A stretch of 64,000 nt of DNA. It comes from an uncultured Ornithinimicrobium sp. GTDB taxonomy: Bacteria; Actinomycetota; Actinomycetes; Actinomycetales; Dermatophilaceae. How positions within the stretch are numbered: the stretch's first letter is position 1; each line of letters begins with the position of its first letter. The stretch spans positions 1,147 to 65,146 of the forward strand of contig CAZONQ010000002.1 of assembly GCA_964581125.1 (NCBI GenBank). The letters run 5' to 3'. The translations under genes and the position numbers were made by a program. Shown here one piece after another: positions 1-9,728 of this stretch. The notes below the pieces were generated by a model. The model worked only from the letters and a program-made list of their open reading frames with translations, did not search any database and was not told the origin of the DNA.

Positions 1-601
1 CAACCCCACCGGTGCCGTCGTCCCGCTGCGCGACCTCGCCGTGCTCGCCGGCGAGCTGGCCGAGCAGGCGGTCGTCGTCGTGGACGAGGCCTACGGCGAG
101 TTCGCCGGGCAGCGCTCGGCGGTCACCCTGCTCGACGACCACCCCAACCTCGTCGTGCTCCGGACCCTGTCCAAGGCGCACGGCCTGGCCGGCGCACGCG
201 TGGGGGCGGGTCTGGCCCACCCCGACCTCGTGCAGGTGCTCCGGCGCGTCCAGGCGCCCTACCCCGTCCCGGTCCCGGTCGCGCGACTGGCGCTCGCCGC
301 TCTCACGCCGGAGTCGCTGGCCGACACCCGGCGGCGCGTCATGGAGACCCTGCGGCTGCGCGACGCGCTCGGCCGCCGGCTCCGGGCCCTCGACGGCGTC
401 CGCGCCGTCTACGCGAGCGAGGCCAACTTCCTGCTGGTGCGGTGCGACGACCCGGACGCGCTGCTCCATACCCTCGCCTCGTCCGGGATCGTGGTGCGCG
501 ACCTGCGCCACCTGCCCGGCCTGGACGACGCCCTCCGCATCTCCGTCGGCTCCGCCGAGGAGATGTCCGCCCTCGAGACCGCCCTGGGAGAGACCGCATG
601 A
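1..601 (+). CDS. hisC: Histidinol-phosphate aminotransferase (5' truncated by window)
   Basis: Frame open from base 2 (NPTG...); motifs VVVDEAYGEF and LRTLSKAHGLAGARVG (PLP lysine); stop overlaps hisB start (ATGA). Confidence 0.96.
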   Translation, partial: NPTGAVVPLRDLAVLAGELAEQAVVVVDEAYGEFAGQRSAVTLLDDHPNLVVLRTLSKAHGLAGARVGAGLAHPDLVQVLRRVQAPYPVPVPVARLALAALTPESLADTRRRVMETLRLRDALGRRLRALDGVRAVYASEANFLLVRCDDPDALLHTLASSGIVVRDLRHLPGLDDALRISVGSAEEMSALETALGETA

Positions 602-1698
602 CCGCCCGCCCCATCTGCTTCGTCGACCGCGACGGGACGATCGTCCACGAGCCGGAGGACCACCAGGTCGACCGCCTGGACAAGGTCGCCTTCGTCGACG
701 GGGTCGTCCCGGCGCTGCTGCGGATCCAGGACGCCGGCTTCGACCTGGTCATGGTCACCAACCAGGACGGGCTGGGCACCGACTCCTTCCCGCAGGAGGA
801 CTTCGACGCCGCGCACGGTCTGATCATGCAGGTGCTCACCAGCCAGGGCGTGCGCTTCCGGGAGGTCGTCGTCGACCCGCACCACGCCGGCCCCGACGCC
901 CCCTGGACGCGCAAGCCCGGGATCGGGCGGGTCGTGCACCTGCTCAAGGACAGGGGCGTGGACTGGGAGCGCTCGTTCATGGTCGGCGACCGGCCCTCCG
1001 ACAAGGAGTTCGGCGACAACCTCGGCATCCGCACCTTCCTGCTGCCTGCCCGCGACGAGCTGGCCGGCGACCGGCCGACGACGACCTGGCCGCAGATCGC
1101 GCACGAGGTGGTGGTCCGCCCGCGCACCGCGCACGTGGAGCGGAACACCTCCGAGACCCGCATCACCGTCGACGTCGACCTCGACGGGACGCCCGGCGGT
1201 GACGCCCGGACCGGCGTCGGCTTCTTCGACCACATGCTCGACCAGCTCGCCAAGCACGGAGGCTTCTCCCTCGCCGTGCGCTGCGACGGCGACCTGCACA
1301 TCGACGAGCACCACACCGTCGAGGACGTCGCGCTCGCCGTCGGCGAGGCGGTCCGCGTGGCGCTCGGCGACAAGCGCGGGATCGGCCGCTACGGCTTCAC
1401 CGCGCCGATGGACGAGGCGCGGGCCACGGCGGCGGTCGACCTGTCGGGACGCCCCTACTTCCGCTACGAGGGCACCTTCGACCGGCCCAACGTCGGCGAG
1501 TTCCCCACCGAGATGGTCGAGCACTTCTGGCGCTCCTTCGCCGACGCGCTGCGGTGCACCCTGCACCTGTCGGTCACCGGCGACAACACCCACCACCAGA
1601 TCGAGGTGGGCTTCAAGGCGGTGGCCCGCGCCCTGCGGCAGGCCCTGGCCCGCCAGGGCGACGCCACCGAGCTGCCCTCGACCAAGGGGGTGCTGTGA
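598..1698 (+). CDS. hisB: Bifunctional histidinol-phosphatase / imidazoleglycerol-phosphate dehydratase (HisNB fusion)
   Basis: N-terminal HAD domain (FVDRDGT, VTNQDGLG, RKPG, MVGDR) fused to IGPD (FFDHMLDQL, DEHHTVED, NTHHQIE, PSTKGVL). Confidence 0.97.
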   Translation: MTARPICFVDRDGTIVHEPEDHQVDRLDKVAFVDGVVPALLRIQDAGFDLVMVTNQDGLGTDSFPQEDFDAAHGLIMQVLTSQGVRFREVVVDPHHAGPDAPWTRKPGIGRVVHLLKDRGVDWERSFMVGDRPSDKEFGDNLGIRTFLLPARDELAGDRPTTTWPQIAHEVVVRPRTAHVERNTSETRITVDVDLDGTPGGDARTGVGFFDHMLDQLAKHGGFSLAVRCDGDLHIDEHHTVEDVALAVGEAVRVALGDKRGIGRYGFTAPMDEARATAAVDLSGRPYFRYEGTFDRPNVGEFPTEMVEHFWRSFADALRCTLHLSVTGDNTHHQIEVGFKAVARALRQALARQGDATELPSTKGVL

Positions 1699-2309
1699 CG
1701 CGAGCGCCGCGCGTGGCCGTCGTCGACTCCGGCGGAGCCAACATCGGCTCGGTGACCTACGCCCTCGAGCGGCTGGGCGCCGCCCCGCGGCTCACCGCGG
1801 ACCGGGGAGACGTCCTCGCCGCCGACCGGGTGGTCCTGCCCGGCGTCGGTGCCGCCGCGGCCGGCATGCGGCGCCTGCGGGACAACGGCCTCGACGACGT
1901 GCTGCGCGAGGTCGAGGCCCCGCTGCTCGGTGTGTGCCTGGGGATGCAGCTGCTCCTCGAGCGCTCCGAGGAGGACGGGGGCGTGCCGTGCCTGGGCCTC
2001 GTCCCGGGCGAGGTGCGCGCCCTGCCACCGGCCCCGGGCGTCCGGGTGCCGCACATGGGGTGGAACACCCTCGACGACCTGGCCGACGACCCGCTCCTGG
2101 CCGGCGTCGGGCCGGGGGAGCGAGCCTACTTCGTCCACTCCTTCGCCGCCCCGACCGGGCCGTGCACGCTCGCCTCGACGACGCACGGGACCACCTTCAG
2201 CGCGGTCGTGCGCTCCGGGCTGCGCTGGGGCGCGCAGTTCCACCCGGAGCGTTCGGCAGACGTGGGGGCCCGGCTCCTGAGAAACTTCATGGACGAGGTC
2301 GACCGATGA
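1695..2309 (+). CDS. hisH: Imidazole glycerol phosphate synthase, glutaminase subunit
   Basis: LPGVGA, GVCLGMQLL, PHMGWN, YFVHSF, QFHPERS; GTGA overlap with hisB. Confidence 0.97.
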   Translation: MTRAPRVAVVDSGGANIGSVTYALERLGAAPRLTADRGDVLAADRVVLPGVGAAAAGMRRLRDNGLDDVLREVEAPLLGVCLGMQLLLERSEEDGGVPCLGLVPGEVRALPPAPGVRVPHMGWNTLDDLADDPLLAGVGPGERAYFVHSFAAPTGPCTLASTTHGTTFSAVVRSGLRWGAQFHPERSADVGARLLRNFMDEVDR

Positions 2310-3106
2310 CGCCCGACCTCCAGACCGAACACGGAAGTGATCTACGCGTGAACAGCCCAGACCCCTTCACCGTCTACCCGGCGATCGACGTGCGCGGGGG
2401 TGCCGTCGTCCGGCTCCTGCGCGGCGACTACGACCAGGAGACCCGCTACGAGGGCGACCCGGTCACGGTCGCCGAGGGCTACGCCCGCGCCGGGGCGCGC
2501 TGGCTCCACCTCGTCGACCTCGACGCCGCCCGCGAGGGCCGCTACACCCTCGACGAGACCCTCGAGGCGATCGTCGAGCGCACCGGCCTCATGGTGCAGA
2601 CCGGCGGCGGCGTGCGCAGCGCCGACGACGTCGAGCGGGTGCTCGACGCCGGCGCCTCCCGCGTCGTCGTCGGGTCGCTGGCGGTGCGCGAGCCGGACAC
2701 CGTCGTCGGGTGGCTCGACCGCTTCGGCCCCGAGCGGATCACCGTCGCGCTCGACACGCTCATCGGCGCCGATGGCACCTGGCAGCTGGCGGTCGACGGG
2801 TGGACAGGCATGGACGGCGAGGGCGACCTCGTCAGCTGCCTGCACCGCTACCACGGCTCCGGCCTGCGCCACGTCCTCACCACCGACATCGGGCGCGACG
2901 GGACGCTCGGCGGGCCCAACTTCCACCTCTACACGATGCTCACCCGCTCCACGCCCGACCTGCAGCTGCAGGCCTCCGGCGGCGCCCGCAACGTCGACGA
3001 CGTCCGCGCCGCGCGCCGGACCGGCTGCGCCGGGATCATCCTGGGCAAGGCCCTCCTCGAGGGCCGCCTGTCGCTGTCCGACGCCGTCGCCGAGGAGGGG
3101 CTGTGA
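2306..3106 (+). CDS. hisA: ProFAR isomerase
   Basis: [41 protein letters not shown]; an alternative GTG start at 2348 is possible. Confidence 0.95.
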   Translation: MTPDLQTEHGSDLRVNSPDPFTVYPAIDVRGGAVVRLLRGDYDQETRYEGDPVTVAEGYARAGARWLHLVDLDAAREGRYTLDETLEAIVERTGLMVQTGGGVRSADDVERVLDAGASRVVVGSLAVREPDTVVGWLDRFGPERITVALDTLIGADGTWQLAVDGWTGMDGEGDLVSCLHRYHGSGLRHVLTTDIGRDGTLGGPNFHLYTMLTRSTPDLQLQASGGARNVDDVRAARRTGCAGIILGKALLEGRLSLSDAVAEEGL

Positions 3107-3894
3107 CGCTGGCCCGCCGCATCATCCCCTGCCTCGACGTCCGTGACGGGCGCGTGGTCAAGGGCACCCGCTTCCGCGACCACCGCGACATGGGCGGCAT
3201 CGTCGAGCTGGCCACGCGCTACGCCGCCGAGGGTGCCGACGAGCTGGTCTTCTACGACATCACCGCCAGCCCCCAGGGTCGCGCGGTCGACGTGGACTGG
3301 GTCCGGCAGGTCGCACGGGTCATCGACGTCCCGTTCTGCGTCGCGGGCGGCATCCGGTCGGTGGAGTCCGCCCGCGCCGTCCTGCACGCGGGGGCCGACA
3401 AGGTCTCGGTCAACACGCCCGCGACGCAGCGCCCGCAGCTGGTGACCGAGCTCGCCGACGCCTTCGGCACCCAGTGCGTGGTCGTCGGGGTGGACTCGCT
3501 GCGCGACGACGACGGGCAGTGGCGCGTCCGCCAGCTCACCGGCGACCCCGACGCCACCCGCGCCCTGGCCGTCCGCACGCTCGACTGGGTCCAGGAGGTG
3601 GTCCGGCTGGGCGCCGGGGAGGTGGTCCTCAACTGCATGGGCTCCGACGGCGTCCGCGAGGGTTATGACGTGGAGCAGCTGCGCGCCGTCCGCGCCGTCT
3701 GCGCCGTGCCGCTCGTGGCGAGCGGGGGAGCGGGGGCGCCGGAGCACTTCGTCGACGTCTTCCGCGAGGCGGACGTCGACGGGGCCCTCGCGGCGAGCGT
3801 CTTCCACTCCGGGCAGGTCGCGGTCCCCGCTCTGAAGCGGGAGCTGGCGGCCGCCGGCGTCGTGGTGCGCGAGGTGCCGGGGGCGGTCGCGTGA
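3103..3894 (+). CDS. hisF: Imidazole glycerol phosphate synthase, cyclase subunit
   Basis: [46 protein letters not shown]. Confidence 0.97.
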   Translation: MTLARRIIPCLDVRDGRVVKGTRFRDHRDMGGIVELATRYAAEGADELVFYDITASPQGRAVDVDWVRQVARVIDVPFCVAGGIRSVESARAVLHAGADKVSVNTPATQRPQLVTELADAFGTQCVVVGVDSLRDDDGQWRVRQLTGDPDATRALAVRTLDWVQEVVRLGAGEVVLNCMGSDGVREGYDVEQLRAVRAVCAVPLVASGGAGAPEHFVDVFREADVDGALAASVFHSGQVAVPALKRELAAAGVVVREVPGAVA

Positions 3895-4514
3895 CCGCGC
3901 TGCGCCCCGAGGGCCTGGCGGTCGCCGACGTCGACTTCGCCAAGGCGGGCGGGCTCGTGCCGGGCGTGGTCCAGCACGCCCGCACCGGCCAGGTGCTCAT
4001 GGTCGGCTTCCTCGACGAGGGCGCGCTGCGGCAGACCCTCGAGACCGGCCTGGCCACGTTCTTCTCCCGCCGCCGGGGCGAGCGGTGGACCAAGGGGGAG
4101 ACCAGCGGCAACACCCTTGCCGTGGAGGCGGTCGAGGTGGACTGCGACCGCGACACCCTCCTGCTGCACTGCATACCCGCCGGTCCCACCTGCCACACCG
4201 GCGACCAGACGTGCTTCGGGGCGGAGGCGCTGCCCGGGTCCTTCGTGCACGAGCTGGACGCGGTCGTCGAGGCGCGGCGGACCGGGATGCCCGAGGGTTC
4301 CTACACCACGTCCCTGTTCCGGTCCGGCGTGCGCAGGGTCGCCCAGAAGGTGGGCGAGGAGGGTGTGGAGACCGCGCTCGCGGCGGTCGCCCAGGAGGAC
4401 GAGGACCTGCTGGGGGAGTCCGCCGACCTGATCTACCACCTCCTCGTGCTGCTCCGCTCGCGCGGGCTCGGCCTGGCCGACGTGGAGCGCGTGCTGCGGG
4501 CGCGGCACGGCTGA
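3891..4514 (+). CDS. hisIE: Bifunctional phosphoribosyl-AMP cyclohydrolase / phosphoribosyl-ATP pyrophosphatase
   Basis: [21 protein letters not shown] (HisI) followed by [23 protein letters not shown] (HisE). Confidence 0.97.
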   Translation: MTALRPEGLAVADVDFAKAGGLVPGVVQHARTGQVLMVGFLDEGALRQTLETGLATFFSRRRGERWTKGETSGNTLAVEAVEVDCDRDTLLLHCIPAGPTCHTGDQTCFGAEALPGSFVHELDAVVEARRTGMPEGSYTTSLFRSGVRRVAQKVGEEGVETALAAVAQEDEDLLGESADLIYHLLVLLRSRGLGLADVERVLRARHG

Positions 4515-4772
4515 CTTTTCGCGAACGGGAGAGTCGATAGACAACCTTTGACACCTCCGTCGGGGGCATATGGTCTTTCGTAGCGGAGCGTCAGAGAAGT
4601 CGCTCCTCGACTCAGGGAGAGATCATGAAGCGGCTCACCACGTCCTTGCCTCGATCTTTCACCGAGCCTCTGGGGGGCGGTGGTGACGGTGTCGCGGTGA
4701 CCGTCGGGGGCTGATTCTGGCATCGGGGTACGACAAGGTGCCGGAGGTCGCTCCGGGGGCGTCGGGTTCCAC

Positions 4773-5561
4773 GTGCCGAGGGTGGTGCTGGCTGGTCGGG
4801 ACAAGGACGTGATGGTCAGGGTGGTGCGAGGGCGGCCAGGGCGGTCCAGGTCGCTCACCCTGTCGGGCACCTGCGCTGACCTGGACGCGATCGGACTGCC
4901 GTGCCGTTCGGGGGAGGTCGAGGTCGGCGAGCTGCCCACCCATCTGGGCGCGCTGGTCACCTACAACGCACCGGTGCAGGCGGTGGACGTCGAAGTCGTG
5001 GACGAGGTGGTGCTGTCGCCGGACCATCCTGCATGGCTGGTCGACGAAGGCGGGGAACCCCTGGACAGGCCAGGGCTCAGCCGGGCCCTGGCTGCCAGGT
5101 TCGGACCCGCGGTGGAGCTCGAGAAGGCAGGTGAGTCCTGGATCGTGGGCGCCCGTAGAGATGCCGACGTCAGCCGGTGGGTGCCGCTCTTCGCCGGGCT
5201 CGGGCTGCTGGCGTCCTTCGTGGCGCTCGGGATCGACCTGCGTGCCCTGGCGGGGGAGCAGTCCCGGCGACCCGGCCTCCTCACCGCCCTGGTCGGCAGG
5301 GAGTCGAGCCTGTGGCGGATGGCCGCCGTCGTGGCGTACCTGCCCATCCTGCTCATCGGCAGCCTCACGTTCGTCGTCCACTGGATCGTCTCGGCACCCA
5401 ACGTGTCCGTCCTGCCGCCGGCACCCACGCCGGCCGAGGTCCTGCTGCCCCTCGTCGCCGGTGCCTTCCTGCTGGGGGCGACGTTCAGCTGCTGGCTGGT
5501 CGGACGCAGCTCGGTCGCGGTTGCCCGCACGTGGGTGGCCCGCGACGAGGCCACCGACTGA
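4773..5561 (+). CDS. Hypothetical membrane protein, possibly the C-terminal remnant of a permease
   Basis: 262-aa ORF with three hydrophobic segments in the C-terminal half; start uncertain; upstream sequence is lower in GC than its neighbours. Confidence 0.5.
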   Translation: MPRVVLAGRDKDVMVRVVRGRPGRSRSLTLSGTCADLDAIGLPCRSGEVEVGELPTHLGALVTYNAPVQAVDVEVVDEVVLSPDHPAWLVDEGGEPLDRPGLSRALAARFGPAVELEKAGESWIVGARRDADVSRWVPLFAGLGLLASFVALGIDLRALAGEQSRRPGLLTALVGRESSLWRMAAVVAYLPILLIGSLTFVVHWIVSAPNVSVLPPAPTPAEVLLPLVAGAFLLGATFSCWLVGRSSVAVARTWVARDEATD

Positions 5562-5592
5562 ACCGGGGGCGGCCACGTCGGCGGCCGACCGC

Positions 5593-6234
5593 TCAACCGG
5601 ACGAGCCGCCACCTGGTCCGGCTGCCGGCTCCGTGCGCGAGCCGAGCCCGACCTCGGCGAGCTCGAGGTCGGCGAGGGCGCGCAGGCTCGCCGGGTCGCC
5701 CGAGCGGAACGCGCCCACCGGGTCGGCGAAGAGCCCCTGCAGCCGGCGCGGGTGCTGACGCACCAGCGCCCGGAGGGCCAGGAGCTCGACCGACTCTGGG
5801 TCGGAGACCTCGCGGCCGAGGGCCGCCGCGCGGCGGACCCACGCGATGCGGACCAGCCCCCAGGCCAGCAGGACGAGCAGGACCGGCGTGCCGGCGGAGA
5901 GCAGCGAGACCACCCAGGCGACCGTGCGGACCGACGACTCGAGCCGGTCGCCGGCGGACGCCAGGTCGGTGCCGACCCCGGCGACGCCCTCGAAGGGCCC
6001 GTCCAGCTCGTCACCCACGATCGGCACCTTGACCGCGGCGGCCGCGGCGTCCGTCATCCGGTCGTGCAGCGTGCCCCCGGCCCTGCGCAGCGGGTCGGCG
6101 GGAGCAGCCAGGGTCATGACGAGCCCGAAGACCCAACGCCCGACGAGGACCCAGAGGACGACCCAGGCGAGCACGAGGAGGTCGGCGAGGACCTGTCGCG
6201 CGCGGCGGGCGGGGTGCGTGGCGTAGAGGCGCAT
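5593..6234 (-). CDS. Conserved actinobacterial membrane protein
   Basis: MRLYA...[13 protein letters not shown]-terminus, two hydrophobic segments, typical codon usage. Confidence 0.8.
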   Translation of the reverse strand: MRLYATHPARRARQVLADLLVLAWVVLWVLVGRWVFGLVMTLAAPADPLRRAGGTLHDRMTDAAAAAVKVPIVGDELDGPFEGVAGVGTDLASAGDRLESSVRTVAWVVSLLSAGTPVLLVLLAWGLVRIAWVRRAAALGREVSDPESVELLALRALVRQHPRRLQGLFADPVGAFRSGDPASLRALADLELAEVGLGSRTEPAAGPGGGSSG

Positions 6235-6304
6235 GGGTGCAGTCTCGCCGACCCGGCCCGCGAGCCGTCGCCCCGGCGCGGCGAGCCCTGGGATGATCGG
6301 GGGC

Positions 6305-7279
6305 GTGAGCGACGACCGAGCCCCGCGCGCCCCGCGCAGCGCCCTGCGCCGCTCCCGCGACGGCTGGCTCGACCACCTGCGGGTCGAGCGCGGCCGCTCC
6401 GAGCACACGCTGCGCGCCTACCGCCGGGACACCGACCGCTACCTGCGCTACCTCGAGGGCCGCGGCGTGCGGGCCCCCGAGGACGTCCGCGAGCGCCACG
6501 TCACCGACTTCCTCGCGCACCTGCGAGCCGGCGACGAGGAGCACCGGCCCCTGGCCGCGACGTCGGCGGCCCGCGCGGTCGTGGCGGTCCGGGGCCTGCA
6601 CCGCTTCCTCGCGGTCGAGGGCGAGGTCAGCGACGACCCGGCCCAGGAGGTCCAGCCGCCGACACCTCCACGGCGACTGCCGAAGGCGCTCCCGGTCGAC
6701 CAGGTCGAGCGGCTGCTGCAGGCCGCCTCGCTCGGGGACACCCCCGCCGCGCTGCGCGACCGGGCGCTGCTCGAGGTGCTCTACGGCTGCGGCGCCCGCG
6801 TCTCCGAGGCGGTCGCGCTCGACCTCGACGACCTCGAGCTCGGCCGCGCCGACGACGGCGGCGGGGGAGTGGTGCGCCTCTTCGGCAAGGGCCGCAAGGA
6901 GCGGATCGTCCCGATGGGCCGCTACGCCCGCGACGCGCTGGACGCGTGGATCGTCCGGGGCCGGCCCGGGATGGCCGCCGCAGGACGCGGCACGCCCGCG
7001 GTCTTCGTCAACGCCCGCGGGGGGCGGCTGTCCCGCCAGTCCGCGTGGAGCGCGATCAAGAGCGCGGCGGAGCGGGCCGCACTCCAGGGCGACGTCTCAC
7101 CCCATACCCTCCGGCACTCCTTCGCGACCCACCTGCTGGACGGCGGCGCGGACGTGCGCGTCGTCCAGGAGCTCCTCGGCCACGCGTCGGTGACGACCAC
7201 GCAGATCTACACGCACGTGTCCACCCAGCACCTGCGCGAGGTCTACGCCCAGGCCCACCCCCGGGCCCGCGCCCGGTGA
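6305..7279 (+). CDS. xerD: Site-specific tyrosine recombinase XerD
   Basis: [66 protein letters not shown]; usual position upstream of parA-scpAB. Confidence 0.95.
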   Translation: MSDDRAPRAPRSALRRSRDGWLDHLRVERGRSEHTLRAYRRDTDRYLRYLEGRGVRAPEDVRERHVTDFLAHLRAGDEEHRPLAATSAARAVVAVRGLHRFLAVEGEVSDDPAQEVQPPTPPRRLPKALPVDQVERLLQAASLGDTPAALRDRALLEVLYGCGARVSEAVALDLDDLELGRADDGGGGVVRLFGKGRKERIVPMGRYARDALDAWIVRGRPGMAAAGRGTPAVFVNARGGRLSRQSAWSAIKSAAERAALQGDVSPHTLRHSFATHLLDGGADVRVVQELLGHASVTTTQIYTHVSTQHLREVYAQAHPRARAR

Positions 7280-7299
7280 CGCCCGGGCATCATGAGGGC

Positions 7300-8349
7300 A
7301 TGAGCGAGGACGCCACGGAGCACATGCCGGACCTGTTCGCCACCGAGCAGGTCGTCACCTGCCGGGACGAGAGGGTGGGCCTGCGGGCCGTGATCGCGAT
7401 CGACGACACCACCCTGGGACCGGGCTTCGGCGGGGTGCGCTGGCGCCCCTACCCCTCCCAGGCGGCCGCCGTCGCCGAGGCGCAGCGCCTGGCGCAGGCG
7501 ATGACGCTCAAGCACGCCCTGGCCGAGCTGCCCTACGGCGGCGCCAAGTCGGTCATCCTCGCCGACGGGCCGCTGCCCGCCGAGGGCACGCCCGAGCGGG
7601 TCGCCCTCATGCGGCGCTACGGCGAGTTCGTCGCGCGCACCGCCGGCAGCTACGTCCCCGGTGTCGACATGGGCACCACCCTCGGTGACATGCAGTCGGT
7701 CCGCGACGTCGGCGCCAAGGCCTACTGCGCCGACGTCGACCCCGGCCCCTACACCGCGACCGGCGTCTACGCCGCGATGCGGGCGGGCGTGCGCCACGCG
7801 CTCGGGTCCGGGATGAGCGGCGTGCGGGTCCTCGTCCAGGGTGCCGGGCACGTGGGCGCCAACGTCGCGAGGTATGCCGCACGCGACGGTGCCGAGGTCG
7901 TCGTCGCCGACGTGGACGGCGGGCGGGCGCGCTCGGTCGCCGAGGAGGTCGGCGGCACCGTGGGCGACCCGCTCACCGCCGCGACCGACGAGTGCGACGT
8001 CTTCGCGCCGTGCGCGGTCGCGCGCGTGATCACCGCCGACAATGCCGGGGCCGTCCGGGCCCGGGTCGTGGCGGGGGCCGCCAACGACACGCTCGACACA
8101 CCCGAGGTGGCCGACCTCCTGCGCGGCCGGGGCATCACCTACGTCCCCGACTTCATCGCCAACGCCGGGGGCGTGCTCCAGGTGCACGGCGGCGAGGTCG
8201 GCTGGTCGGACGAGGAGCTGGCCGCCCAGCTCGAGCGGATCGGCGACCGCGTCACGGAGGTGCTCCAGGAGGCCGACGAGCAGGACGTCAGCTCGGTCGC
8301 GGCCGCCCTCGCCCGCGCCGCCCGCCGTCTGGAAGGAGCCCGCGCATGA
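7300..8349 (+). CDS. Glu/Leu/Phe/Val dehydrogenase family protein
   Basis: AVIAIDDTTLGPGFGGVR, AMTLK, GGAKSVI, VQGAGHVG, VAGAAN, YVPDFIANAGGV. Confidence 0.92.
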   Translation: MSEDATEHMPDLFATEQVVTCRDERVGLRAVIAIDDTTLGPGFGGVRWRPYPSQAAAVAEAQRLAQAMTLKHALAELPYGGAKSVILADGPLPAEGTPERVALMRRYGEFVARTAGSYVPGVDMGTTLGDMQSVRDVGAKAYCADVDPGPYTATGVYAAMRAGVRHALGSGMSGVRVLVQGAGHVGANVARYAARDGAEVVVADVDGGRARSVAEEVGGTVGDPLTAATDECDVFAPCAVARVITADNAGAVRARVVAGAANDTLDTPEVADLLRGRGITYVPDFIANAGGVLQVHGGEVGWSDEELAAQLERIGDRVTEVLQEADEQDVSSVAAALARAARRLEGARA

Positions 8350-8702
8350 GCGACCTGCTCGCCCGCACCCGGCACTACTACGAGCGCGTCGACGCCGGCG
8401 ACGTCCGGGGTGTCCTGGACTGGTTCGCCGACGACGCCGTCTACCACCGCCCGGGATACGCCCCGATGCGCGGCCGGGCGGCGCTGGAGGAGTTCTACGG
8501 CGGCGAGCGGGTCATCGAGTCCGGGTCCCACACCCTCGACGACGTCCTCGTCGACGGGGACCGGGTCGCGGTGCGCGGCCGCTTCGAGGGCACCCTCAAG
8601 GACGGCTCCAGGGTCACGGTCGGCTTCGCCGACTTCATCACCTACGACGCGGACGGCCGGGCCGCGGAGCGGCGCAGCTTCTTCGAGGTCGCGTCCGTCT
8701 GA
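8346..8702 (+). CDS. NTF2/SnoaL-like family protein
   Basis: 118 aa; YYERVDAGD..FADDAVY, GDRVAVRG, FADF pattern; ATGA overlap with the dehydrogenase. Confidence 0.88.
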   Translation: MSDLLARTRHYYERVDAGDVRGVLDWFADDAVYHRPGYAPMRGRAALEEFYGGERVIESGSHTLDDVLVDGDRVAVRGRFEGTLKDGSRVTVGFADFITYDADGRAAERRSFFEVASV

Positions 8703-8710
8703 GGGGTCCC

Positions 8711-8731
8711 ACCTCGACCTCAGGTCGAGGT
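8711..8731. repeat. Perfect palindrome ACCTCGACCT-C-AGGTCGAGGT upstream of parA
   Basis: 10-bp arms with a 1-nt centre. Confidence 0.7.
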
Positions 8732-8823
8732 TGACGGGGTGGGTGCAGGACCGCCCGACCCGTTAGTGTCTCCCCATGATCGGCGGGAGGCCGACCACCA
8801 CGCGAGCGAGGTTGGAGAACTAC

Positions 8824-9726
8824 GTGAACCGCGAGGCACACGCGACCTACGACCGCCTGCCCGGCACCGAGGACACGGGCGTGGGCCAGGAGGGGCCCAC
8901 CGGGCGACCCATGCCGGACTTCCCGGTGCCCGCGCCGCTGGCCGGCCACGGCCCGGCGCGCATCATCGCGATGTGCAACCAGAAGGGCGGCGTCGGCAAG
9001 ACCACGTCGACGATCAACCTCGGCGCGGCCCTGGCGGAGTACGGCCGCAAGGTGCTCATGGTCGACTTCGACCCGCAGGGCGCGCTCTCGGTCGGGCTGG
9101 GGGTGCGCACGCACGAGCTGGACGTCACCGTCTACAACCTGCTCGTCGAGCGCGGCCACGACGTCCGCGACGTCATCCAGCCCAGCCGGGTCCCGGGCGT
9201 GGACATCCTGCCCGCCAACATCGACCTGTCCGCCGCCGAGGTGCAGCTGGTCGGCGAGGTCGCCCGCGAGCAGATCCTCTCCCGCGTGCTGCGCCCCGTC
9301 CTCGACGACTACGACGTGGTCCTCATCGACTGCCAGCCCTCGCTCGGCCTGCTCACCGTCAACGCGCTCACCGCGGCGCACGGCGTCGTCATCCCGCTGG
9401 AGACCGAGTTCTTCGCGATGCGCGGCGTGGCGCTGCTCATCGAGACGATCGAGAAGATCACCGACCGGCTCAACCCCCGCCTCCAGATCGACGGCATCCT
9501 CGCCACCATGTACGACGGCCGCACGCTGCACTCCCGCGAGGTCGTGCGCAGCGTCGTCGACCACTTCCAGGACCAGGTCTTCCACACGGTCATCAGCCGC
9601 ACGGTGAAGTTCCCGGACGCCACCCTGGCGGCCGAGCCGATCACCTCCTACGCCAGCACCCACGCCGGCGCCGAGGCCTACCGCCAGCTGGCGCGCGAGC
9701 TCATCGCGCGGGGCGGCGCGCCCTGA
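8824..9726 (+). CDS. ParA/Soj family ATPase
   Basis: NQKGGVGKTT, VDFDPQG, LIDCQPSLGLLT; GGAGAA RBS before GTG 8824 (ATG 8776 is an alternative). Confidence 0.95.
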   Translation: MNREAHATYDRLPGTEDTGVGQEGPTGRPMPDFPVPAPLAGHGPARIIAMCNQKGGVGKTTSTINLGAALAEYGRKVLMVDFDPQGALSVGLGVRTHELDVTVYNLLVERGHDVRDVIQPSRVPGVDILPANIDLSAAEVQLVGEVAREQILSRVLRPVLDDYDVVLIDCQPSLGLLTVNALTAAHGVVIPLETEFFAMRGVALLIETIEKITDRLNPRLQIDGILATMYDGRTLHSREVVRSVVDHFQDQVFHTVISRTVKFPDATLAAEPITSYASTHAGAEAYRQLARELIARGGAP

Positions 9727-9728
9727 CC

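Noticed and set aside
6305-7279. Phage or element integrase
   Set aside because: Sequence motifs and synteny with parA-scpAB identify it as housekeeping XerD.
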